A program made the translations under genes and the position numbers. 64,000 nt of DNA from positions 6,386,001-6,450,000 of the forward strand of contig JBHGNT010000008.1 of assembly GCA_043228905.1 (NCBI GenBank), given 5' to 3'. Positions 24,510-35,600 of this stretch are shown here, piece after piece. The notes under the pieces were generated by a model that made no database searches, had not been told where the DNA came from, and saw nothing but the letters and a program-made list of their open reading frames with translations. The stretch is from Azolla caroliniana (taxonomy: Eukaryota; Plantae; Polypodiophyta). Numbering within the stretch: the first letter of the stretch is position 1; every line of letters begins with the position of its first letter.

Positions 24510-24644
24510 CGGGGTGGATAGGTTTATATAGGGAGTTTTTGGAGTGGCTTTAGAATATAAAATGTAAAATGTAAAAAGTGAGGAAATATAAGGGGCATTA
24601 AGAGAGAGGGGGAAACAAGGCTTACGTGAGATGATGAGAAGGGA

Positions 24645-24678
<34 letters not shown>

Positions 24679-25109
24679 ATGAGTAGACATAAGGGGAGTG
24701 AGTAGATCTAGGAGGAGAGAGAGTGGGAAAACGTGAAAAAATTAAGAGAGAGCAAAAGGGGAGAGAGATGTGTGTGTAAACTAGAAAAAGTAAGAGAGAG
24801 AAAGGAAAGAGGAGAGAGGTAAGGGAGAGAGACATGTGTGGGAAAATAAAGGTGAAGGCTATAAATTTAGGAAGAGGATGGGAGGGGTAGGGTAAGAAAA
24901 AGTAGAACATGGGTGAGGGTAGAAATATAAAAATAGAAAGGTGGAGAAAGAGTAAAAAGAAAACGAAGGGACTTACAAAGAGGAGGCTAAGGGTTTAGAA
25001 AAAAGGAAGAGGAGGGGTAAGGTAAGCAAAAAAAAGGCGAGAGATCAATGAGGGTAGAAGACTAAAAAAGGAATATGAAAATGAAAGGGTATATTGTGAT
25101 AAGAGAAAC

Positions 25110-25146
<37 letters not shown>

Positions 25147-25444
25147 AGGATAAAAAGTAAGAAAGCTAAAGGAAAAGAGAGAGAGGTAGGAGTTTGAGAA
25201 GAGAGAAAGGGTATATCGACTCGCACTCTTCACAAAGCCGTAAGGCAAACCCTAAATAAAGCTACTAAAAAGAAAGGTTAAGGAGAGGGGTAATGTTTAA
25301 AATATATAGAAATCGAGGAGAGGGGCAACAGGTGAATATAATCTAAAGATTAGGTTTAATAAAAGTGTAGGAGAGAGGTATAAATGAAACTAGGAGGAAA
25401 TAGGGGTATGAGTGAAACTAGGAGGTAGGGGTATGGAAAAAATA

Positions 25445-25812
25445 GTAAAAGGGGAGGGGCATCCAATATTTTGAGGAGAGGAAGGGTAGGAAAAATGTCA
25501 AAGTAATAAAGGGAGGGGTATAATGAAATTGAGAAAAGTAGGTGGGGGGGTAGAATGAATTTTAGGAGAAAGGAAGGGGGAGGGGTATCCAATATTTTGA
25601 GGAGAGGAAGGGTAGGAATTAAAAATGTCAAAGTAATAGAGGGAGGGGTATAATGAAATTGAGAAAAGTAGATGGAGGGGTAGAATAAATTTAGGAGAAA
25701 AGAAGGGGAGGGGTATCCAATATTTTGAGGAGAGGAAGGGTAGGAATTAAAAATGTCAAAATAATAGAGGGAGGGGTATAATGAAATTGAGAAAATTATA
25801 TGGAGGGGTAGA
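25445..25812. repeat. About three tandem copies of a ~127-bp purine-rich unit
   Basis: ATCCAATATTTTGAGGAGAGGAAGGGTAGG...GGGAGGGGTATAATGAAATTGAGAAAA recurs at about 25460, 25587 and 25715. Confidence 0.85.
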
Positions 25813-26974
25813 GTGTGATTTCAAATGAAAGGGGGAAGGGTAGAGTATACGAATAGAGGTGAGAGAGGGTAGACAAAGGTGACCAAAAAGTCACAATACA
25901 CAGTAGGATGGGACAAATGGGCCGAACAGGCGACCACACAGACGGACGGACCGGACACGTGACCAAAAGACATCAGGGCCGACAAGGCCGGCGAGCCAGA
26001 CATCTGGAGATGGACCGGACAGACATGGCCAGTCGAGCCAGACAATGGAAAGAGCGGCCAGAAGGGCCGGAAACCGGTCGAAATAGCCGGATAGTGGCTG
26101 GGGAAGCAGACAGGCCCCCGGGACGACGGACCGGACGCACACGCACGAGCGGAAGACGACGGATGGTGCCGGATGATGACGGAACCGACAGGACAACGAC
26201 AATGACGGCCGGAATACGATGACGACGCCGAATGGCGGCAGAATGTTCATTGAGAATGACGACGAAAAAAGAAGAAGCTACGGACATCAGCGAAAGAGAA
26301 GTCGGTGGGGCCGGATAGGAGCGGAAGAGTGGTCGACAACACCCAGAAGGGCGACACCGATACCAGAAAAAGCCGGCCGGAGTGCGATCGAAGAGCAGTC
26401 AGAGTGACCGAACTGCACCGAAACGAAGGCGGGAGGACATGACGACACCGGACAATGACAAACATGGAGACGACCGGAACGGGCCGGATCGATGCCCAGA
26501 ACAGCGACAACGACAGAGACTGACGAGAGGCCGGAAAAGTGCCGGCCGGAGAGCGGTCAGAGTGGCTGAACGATGCCAGAACGGAGACCACAACGGCAAT
26601 GGTGTCGGAGACAGAGATGGAGTGGCAGGAGGAACTGAAATGGTCGGAGTGGCCAAACAACCAATGGCTGAGCAGAGAGACAGAGACCATGGACAAAGTC
26701 GACAACCACCGAAGGCGGAATTAGAAAAGAAAGAAGAAGAAAATTAGAAAATAAGAGGAGAAATAGAGCAGAAGGAAGAAAAAAAGAATGAAGGAGAAGA
26801 AAGGACAGGGTAGCACAAACAGAGAAGAAGGAAAAGAAAGACAGGAATAGGAGAAGAAGCAACGGTTAACACCAAGAAGGAGGAAGAAGATGCAAACAAC
26901 ATGCGGGAGAAAACGTAAGAAGCAAACAGAAAAAAGAAATGAGAGGGAAAAAGAGAAGAAAGGGGCATGCGAAG

Positions 26975-27109
26975 AAATTTTAAAGTGTTGAGGGTAGCAA
27001 CCTAAAATTTCAGAAACTAGGGGGTACTGAATGAAATTTTCAAAGTTTGAGGGTACATATCAAAATTTTAAAAAAACAAGAGGGCACCACCAAAATTTTG
27101 AAAATCCCC
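26975..27109. mobile_element. Possible Mutator-like TIR end with internal subrepeats
   Basis: Four ~30-bp AAATTTT...GAGGG(T/C)AC subrepeats ending AAAATCCCC (G-terminus on the minus strand), preceded by a GC-rich CCGG-rich subterminal block at 25.9-26.7 kb. No partner TIR or TSD found. Confidence 0.35.
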
Positions 27110-27119
27110 AAGACTACTC

Positions 27120-27892
27120 ACACACACTCAAAACAAAGGAATAACATACATATACACGGCATGATTTTAGACCCATGAAAAAGTTCGTAAGCCGACAGAA
27201 TGAGATTGTTCGTGTCGCGGAAAGATTTGTTGACCGACAAAGATGTTCGAGTCAAGCACTCCGATCGAGGGAGTCGATCGTTGAAAGGACCGATGGAAGT
27301 TCCGGTCGAAGAGATATCATCATCAAGGCATGTGGGATCGACGTGCAAGGCACTTTCCCACGGGCGTGCCATATTGTGTTACCCTGTACGAGTTGTACGG
27401 AGAGTCAAGTGTGATGAGCGAGGGTCGAATAGTATCATGATGATGTTGTATATGTGTAGGGAACATAAATGTAATTGTGAGTCGATATGTATGTGAACAA
27501 ATGCACACGTGTGTGCATGTGGAGGGATACGATGAGGTGTGAGTGAGTGTCCAATATGAATGCTCTAGGGGGCTTTCACCCCTTTGTATCTACCCCCTCT
27601 TGTACTATTTAACCCCTTATGGGGAATGAATGAAATATGAAATAATCATTTTCTCTCTCTCTCTCTTTGTCATCTCTCTTCCTCTCTCTCCCCTTAACGT
27701 TGAACCCCCTTGGGAGGGGGCTGGAGCCATTCTAGGCACCACCCCCCACCCCACAATGCTTCTCAATGCTTGTCTTGTTCTTCATGTTCTCTCTCACCAT
27801 CATACCATTCATCATCTCCACTATTACACCATGTCTATCTTCGTCATCGATAATCATCATTACCATTAACCCTAACCGTAAAACCTACAACA
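27120..27892 (+). mobile_element. 3' end and 3' LTR (27377-27892) of a gypsy related to the 29-39 kb family
   Basis: TGTTACCC...CAACA. The pre-LTR motif CCCACGGGCGTGCCAT is shared with 29524-29545(-). The LTR start resembles the solo LTR at 43860-44184. It truncates chromovirus copy 2 integrase. Confidence 0.65.
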
Positions 27893-29628
27893 CTTAGAGA
27901 CTGGAAGATCTGTGATGAAGTCTAGAGCAATGGATTGCCACGGCTTGCTTGGAATTGGTAATGGTTCTAATAAACCATATGGATGATGCCTTGGCATTTT
28001 CGCTCTGCAGCATGTATCACAAGTCCGAACAAAATCCTCGACAAATTGTCGCATACAAGGCCACCAGAATGATCGTTGTACTAAATGTAATGTTTTAGTA
28101 CTACCAAAATGCCCAGCTGTATATGTATCATGACAGTTTTGTACTACTTGAAGACGACAAGAACCATTAGGAACATACAAAAGTTCTTTAAAGAAGAGTA
28201 ATCCATCATGGTATTTGAATTGCCGATAGTTCGTACCTGGTGGTTGCGACTGTGAACACGACGCGCGAGAGGGATCAATTTGTGCTAGTATAGCTTGGGC
28301 AAACGCATCTGTCTTCAAGTCTTCGCGTATGGTATCGATAACGCGGGAATCCATGGGCATGTCAAAGATCTGTGTTGCTTGTAGTCGTGCCGGTCCCAAG
28401 TTGACTTGTTTTTGGTTATCGAAGGTTGGCTCGCCGGGACGGGGTGCTAGATACGAACGCCGTGATAATGCATCTGTCTTCCCTTGGTGCTTCCCCGGAC
28501 GATATGTAATTTTGAAGTCGAAATGCGTGAGGAAGTGGGCCCATCGAGCTTGACGTCGATTCAGCACACGAGCATCCTGAAAGTAGGCAAGGTTCTTGTG
28601 GTCACTAAATACAGTGACCGGATGAGAGGATCCCTCTAGAAAATGCCTCCATTGCATAAAAGAATCCACTATTGCCAATAGCTCCTTATCATGAATTTCG
28701 TAGTTAATTTCGGTGGCGTCAAACTTGCGTGAGTGAAAAGCCACTGGATGTAGCTTCTCATCATTCCCCTGTTGTGACAGAATGCTCCCCAATGCAAAAT
28801 CCGATGCGTCAGCTTCGATAATGAATGGTTTTTCCGGATCGACATGAGCTAGAATTGGAGCCGATGTAAATGCCTTTTTAAGACTCTCGAAAGCCATGTC
28901 CGTTTCTTCAGACCAGATGAACGATTGTCCCTTCCTGGTAAGTTGTGTGAGAGGTAGAACGATCTTTGAGTAATCTTGTATGAACTTCCGGTAAAAATTG
29001 GCAAAGCCTAGGAAGCATTGCACATCCCGCACCGAACGCGGAGTCTGCCATTCTACCACCGTTTTGACCTTAGTTGGGTCCATGGAGATTGTTAACTCTT
29101 CGGGCCGGACAATGGCCTAACACAGGGTGTCTACGGGAGACACTTCACCAAAGGGTGTTACGGCAACCGGATTAGACTTCAACGCTTAATCCGACTTAAT
29201 TAAGTTACTTATTAGGATCGTCTTCCATAACACGCGTAAGATATAACAATTAAGACAGAACGGCAATTAACACAGAGAGATATCAACGCTTAAGCTTTCA
29301 TTAATTAACCGCTAACTATTACATTGTATCCGGGCCTTTAAATAGGTTTCCGGTCTGTATTACAAAACGGTGCCATCCGCACCTGTTCGGGATCGGTCCG
29401 GATCCGGAACGGCATACCGTTTCCGGTCCGTCCGTCCACACTCATAGCTTAATTACAACCACATTCATACTACTTAATTAACTCTCCGTTTCCCACTCTG
29501 GACTCCTTTGCCAGCCGGTAACACATGGCACGCCCGTGGGACAGTACCTTTACGTCGAATCCACAACCGACCCTTGCTATTCTTCGTCCAAAATGTCCAG
29601 AATGCTTTGTTCGAGAGGCTCCAATGGT

Positions 29629-32319
29629 TCATTTGGAAGTGGTTGCTGTTGTTGTTGCTGTCTGCTGCGGCGGGTCCGTTGGTGGTTGCTGCGGTTGCTC
29701 CTCTGTTTGTGGTTCTGACACCGGCGTCTCCGTCGTTGCTCCCTGCGTCGTAGTGGTCTCCGGTTGACTGGTACCCGGCTGGCCCTCAACCGGCGACGGT
29801 TCCGCATCACTAAGGTTAACCGTTGCCGCTTCCCACACCCGGGACCGCTCGTAGCTTTCAAACTGGATTTGAGCGTCTAGCCTATCATCGTCTAGCTGAG
29901 CTACGAGCTGCCTGACTTGCGCCAGCTGTTCATCTGCCAGGACTTGGAAGTCGTCGGCCAGCTCGTCCCGTATGGCGGTGAAGTCCTCGGAAGTCAACGT
30001 ATAATAGTCATCTCCTTCCTTCCGCCGGTTTGCCACATCCGCCCGTAGCAACTGGAGTTCCGCCGCGTTTTGTGCCCACTTTGTCCACCATTTTACGGAG
30101 CTTTCATCAATCAAGTGTTTTGTCTGATTCAGCCATGCCCGGAGGATGGACTGAATCCGGCTCGTTCCCAATTGCGATTTGGTTTCCGTCGCTTGCCGTT
30201 CCTCCTTCAGTTGTTTGATGATTTTGACGTTGTCCTCCGCTTGCGCCTTGTAATGCGTCAGTTGCCTTTGATATGTGCTTTGTAATTTCTGCAATACTGT
30301 TGACGCTCTCTCTTTGTCTTCCTACTGCTACCTCTGGAGCTCCATCCGAACCTTCTCCGCCTCGTCCAAGCGTCTTGTATTTTCCGCCCGTTCGTCGGCG
30401 ATCGCCGTTGCGGCCCGATCAACTACCTGCTGGAGCTCGGCCATCCGTTCTTTATGCTCCGTTTCCAGCCGTTTGTAGTCCCGGTGTAGGTGCTCAAAAT
30501 CATCCGTCTTTTGCTTGAGCTGTGCGTTGATCTGACGACGGGCCCGGTCCTCGCGGTCCTTCTGCTGGCGGAGTTCTTCCTTTAGCCGTTCAATCTCTGT
30601 TTTCGCCGTTTTCCGCAGCTTGTCCTTTTCCTGCAGCACTTTGTCTTTCTCCTCTTTTAGCTGGTCGTACGCTTGATGGCCTTTCCGGAGGCTCTCCTCT
30701 GCCCGACGGAGGTTCTCAACAGTCTTCTTTAATTCGGCTTCGGCCGTCGTCTTCAATTCTCGTTCACGGCTCCTTAGCGCTTCTTGTGCGGCAAGTTCAT
30801 CTCTCAATTCCGCAAGCTCCTAGGCTTGCGCCGCATCTCTCGCCGGAACGGTTTCCGTTGCCGGGGTCTTATTGCTATGTACAGGTCGTTCCGTTTCTTT
30901 ATTCTGTACACTTACCGGAGTCACCGGTGATTGGATCCGTATTTTGGCCATCTCTGTTGTGACCTGATCCAAGTCTTTTTCAAGGCACCGGATTCTGGAC
31001 CGAGCCGTCTCTAGTTGTTCGGTTGTGACGAGCAACCGTTCGCTTTGCGCTCTTTCTTCCGCCTCAATATACCCCACTGCTTCGGCTATCTGTTCGCCTA
31101 TCCACCGGAGCCACAGGCTACCGGTGCCTTGTTGTGCTTGCATGGAGGTTTGACCGATGGGCTCACTTGTAGAGGGGTGGTCCCGCCTGGTTGCGCCGAG
31201 TTGCAGTTCCGTTTCTGCCCGTGGACCACCATGCTGTCCTGGTTCCCCTTGCGCTTCTTCTTGGCTGATTGAGGGAGGCTGCATTGACCTTTCCGGCTCT
31301 GGCGGGATGGGACTTGCCGGTGTTGCTGGTGGTGCCGGGGCTTCTGTTTCCGGTGCCATCTGCACCGGTTCCGGTTCCTCCCTTGGCGTGGGAGTCTCAG
31401 TATGGGGAGCCGGTGTTCCCTCCGTCTGAGGGTCCGAACGTTTCCCGGCTGTCTCAACGGTCCTTGCCGACGACCGTCGCTGGAGGTGCTCCGTAGGCTC
31501 CTCCTTTATTTCCTCCTCCTGAGCTCCGGCATTAAGTTTTGCCGCCAAGGGGTCCGCTTCCCTATTCACCGGTCGGCGGAGTGTGACCTTTACGGGCCGT
31601 GCTGGTGGTTCCTCCTGCGCCTCCGTTGGGCGCTTCCAACTGCCGCTTCCTGCTGCCGCCTGTTCTGCATCCGCCGCCTTTCCCTTAGTGGCCTTAGAGG
31701 CCAACAACTGTTGTTGTTTGGAAGCCATCCTTGGGGTGCCGTCCGCCACTCTTCCTCGCTTCTTGGGTTGGACGGTCTGGACGGGTGGCACAAGCAAGGT
31801 GAGCCACTGCGTTACGGCGTGCAATATACTCCGTCCGTCTCGGCCATCTTTGCCGTCTTTGCCTCTGACGATCTCGATCGCCGCACACAACCCGTCTGCG
31901 ATCAATACCGGCCAATCCACCTTGATCCCTTCATAGGTGGCGATGATCATCCCTGCCCGGTTCTGCGGCATGACAGGGGGTCTAGGGTACACGTGACCGT
32001 ATTCATGGAGCACACGAGCAATTTCGCGGAACAACATATCTCCACCGCCCTGTGTCCAGTAGCCCTTGCTGGCTAGCGAGTACTCACCAAAATACCTGAT
32101 GAGTTGCTTCGGGGTTGGATTGTCGATCGTGAGTATGCCTCCCTCCGGAAGGCCTGTTAACGCTCGAATCGCCTCTGCCGTTATGACCTCTGTATCGATT
32201 TCCTTGATCACTTTGTCGGCTTCTTTGTGTGGCGGTACTTCCATCATCATCAAGAAGTCCTCGAGCCCGTGTTGCTTCAGCCATGTCTTGGCGGCTTCCG
32301 ACAGCGTTTGCGGGTCCAT
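29629..32319 (-). CDS. Extra sense ORF downstream of pol (~900 aa with two in-frame stops): globular N-terminus, Pro/Glu linker, long coiled coil
   Basis: ORFs 30820-32319, 30328-30807 and 29629-30294 are collinear and in frame. Function unknown. Confidence 0.75.
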
Positions 32320-32686
32320 GTCTGTGTCGAGGTCGGATGGCGGTGGTGAGGTTGGATGGTGATGAGAGTGAGGTTGAGAAAGAGAGAGTTCTGAAGGCGG
32401 GGGTTCTTTGTGCGCAGGTTCTCGTCTGATGATCTTGCAACGTCTTGGTGCTTCTGTGCTCCTGGGTTCGCGAAAGTAGAGGGTCTCTACGCAGTGGTTT
32501 TTGTCTGTTCATTCTGGCGCCTTTTTTGAGTGTGTGCATGTCGCGTACTTAAAATAGCATTATGTCCTGTGGTGGCGCTTTAAATGCCCACTACGTACCT
32601 TTTCGCTCCTCGCTCTTTCATCCATTCATTCCTCTCTTTTGCATGATTGTTTTTTTTTTTCAGTTATTATTATTATTAGTGTGACG

Positions 32687-35600
32687 TCACTTGTCCGTTG
32701 GTCCTCTCGGACCCTTACCGGCCTCATTCTCCCCAGTTACCGGCTCACCTTCTCTGCCGTCTTGGCGGTTGCCGTTTCCCTCACTGGTGTCAGTCCTTTG
32801 CTCAAACGGGTTCTTAGGCATCGGTCCTCTATATGCCTTCAACCGGAATCCGTTGACCCATTTGCCTAACACTTCGCCGGCAAGTGTCCCTAACTGGTGG
32901 GACCCATTATACTCCCGTGTTAGCCAATACGGTATGGTTCATCTAAACCTTAGTTTACCCGGCATCTTGCCCATCCGGGTTTGGAATACTAACACCGGTT
33001 TGCCGATTGCGAACATTTTTTCGTTACCTTTCCTGTGCCGGTTGACGAATGCTTTCCGTCGCCGTTGCTCCAATTCTAAATGTAGGATGCTGGCCAGTCG
33101 TTGTTCCTCGAGCTCACACAGCGTTGTCAACCTTATTGTCTCCGACTCCTTCTCGTTCAGCCGTTCTCGTACCTGGATCCGTAAGCTAGGTACTTGGAAT
33201 TCTACTGGCATGACCGCCTCGAGTCCGAACGCTAACCGGAACGGTGTTGTTCGGATGCTCGTTTTTTATGCCGTCCGGTATGCCCAAAGCGCGCTATGTA
33301 GCTTTGTGTCCCAATCCATCCGGTTTTCATTGACGATCTTTCGGAGGATATTCTGGAGCGTCTTGTTTGTTGATTCCGCTAAACCGTTCGCCTGTGGATA
33401 GTAAGGTGTGCTCCGTTTGTGTACAACGGCATAGAAGGTCGTCAGGCTTTCCACTACTTGGCCGAGAAAATGCCCCCCTTGGTCACTTATTAATTCAATG
33501 GGGCATCCGTAACGGCACCGGATGTACTCATATAGAAACTTCGCCGTTGACGCAGCAGTGTTATCCCGTAAAGCTTTGGCCTCCACCCATTTCGTGCAGT
33601 AATCCGTAGCAACGATAACGTACCGATTACCCGTTCTCATTGCCGGTGGCTTGAACGGTCCTACAAAGTCCAGCCCCCACTTTTGGAATGGCTCGAGTGG
33701 TAGTACCGGCTGGTGTGGCATACGAGCCTGCTCCGTTGGCTGGCCCATTCTCTGGCATAGGTCACATTCTTTTGCATACCATACCGCATCTCTTAATGTC
33801 GTCCGCCACCATAGGCCACTTTGCCATATTTTTCTGGCCGTCGCATCTCCGGCATAGTGACCTCCGGCAACTCCGCAGTGGGCTTCCCTTAGTACCAGTT
33901 CCTTTTCATCGCTGCGCACCGCCCGTCTCCATATGCCGTCCGCGCCCTTGTGGTACAATGTGTCTTGTAGTAAGCAGAAATGTCGGCTTTGCACCGCCAG
34001 GCGTTTCCGTTCGTCCCGGTTCAGCTCTTCTGGAGGCAGTCCTATGCTCAGAAACTAGTGCATATTTGTGAGCCACTTGTCTTCTTGGGCCACTGTCTCA
34101 TCTGCTGCCGTCTCCGTAGTGACTCGAAACAGCTCCGCATCCGGAAACTCATCAGGTACTCCGTCACCCGTCTCTCCGGACTCCAATCGGCTTAAGTAAT
34201 CCGCTGCGACATGTTGTATACCGGGTCGGTGGAATATTTCAAACTCGAACTCCTGTAACAATAAGGTCCACCGGGCCAATTTGCCGGTGAGTGACGCCTT
34301 GGACACCAAGTAAAGGAGTGCCGAATGGTCTACATGGAAGGAAAAATTCCTTCCCAATAAGTAATACCGAAACTTTGTCACACTGTAGATTATCCCTAGA
34401 GCTTCCCGTTCCGTGGTAGAGTAGTTTCGTTCTGCTTGGGATAGCTTTCGGCTGGCATAGTACACTGGCCGGTACCACTTTGGTTCTGTAAGCTGCATCA
34501 GTACGCTTCCGATTGCGATGTCGGAGGCATCCACGAACACGTGAAATTCTTTACTCCAATCCGGAGGCTGCACTATCGGTGCCTGCGACAATAGTACCTT
34601 GAGGGCCCTATACTCCCTATCCTCCGTGTCGGTCCACTGGAATGGTGTTCGATGTACGGCGGCATGGAACGGTGTAGCCAGGTCGGCCAAGTATCGGAGC
34701 ATCCGGCTGTGCCACCGGATCTGGCCTAAGAACTGGCTTAATGCCTTTGCCGTTACCGGCGCCGGTGCTTCTAATATGGCTTTCACTTTGTCCGGGTCGA
34801 CTGCAATACCTTCCTGGCTCACAATATGTCCTAATAAAGTTCCACTGGACACGCCAAATACACACTTTGCCGGATTCAAGCTTAGCCGGTACGCTCTACA
34901 CTTTTCTAGACAAAGACGGAGGTGCTGAAAATGGTCCTCCTCCCGGCTATAGACGGCGAAATCGTCAAGGAAAACCTGCATAAAAGCCGGTATATATTCA
35001 CCAAAGATTTCCATGATGATTCGTTGAAATGTTGCCGGTGCTGTTTTGAGTCCGAACATCATCACCACGGCCACAAACACCCCCCATTCGGTGACGAATG
35101 CCGTTTTCTCTTGGTCATCGGGGTGCATCCGGATCTGATTATACCCGCTGAATCCGTCTAGGAAGCTATAGACCTCATGGCCGGCGACGGCATCCAACAC
35201 TCCATCTGTGAACGGAAGTGGAAACGCGTCCGTTACCGTAGTCGCATTGAGTTTCCGGTAGTCCACGCAAACTCGAATTTTTCCGTTCTTCTTCGGTACG
35301 ACTACGATTGGGCTCAGCCATGTCGTTTTCTTTACCGGACGGATAAAGCCAACTCTTAGCAGTTTGTCGATTTCCTCCTTGACTTTGGCGGCATAATTGG
35401 GATTCATCCGGTACCGTCTTTGTGCCACTGGTTTTGCGTCCTTGCTCAAGTGCACTTGATGCTGGTATAACTGAGGGTCGAGTCCTCGCATGTCTTCGTA
35501 TGACCAGGCGAATACATCGCGAAATTCCGTGAGAAGTGTGATCATCGCCGTTTTTTCTTCGGACTTCATCTCCTTGGCGATGTGCACCGGTTTTGCTTCG

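Noticed and set aside
25891-26862. Many overlapping ORFs in the GC-rich block
   Set aside because: GC-driven open frames on both strands, low complexity, no recognisable domain.
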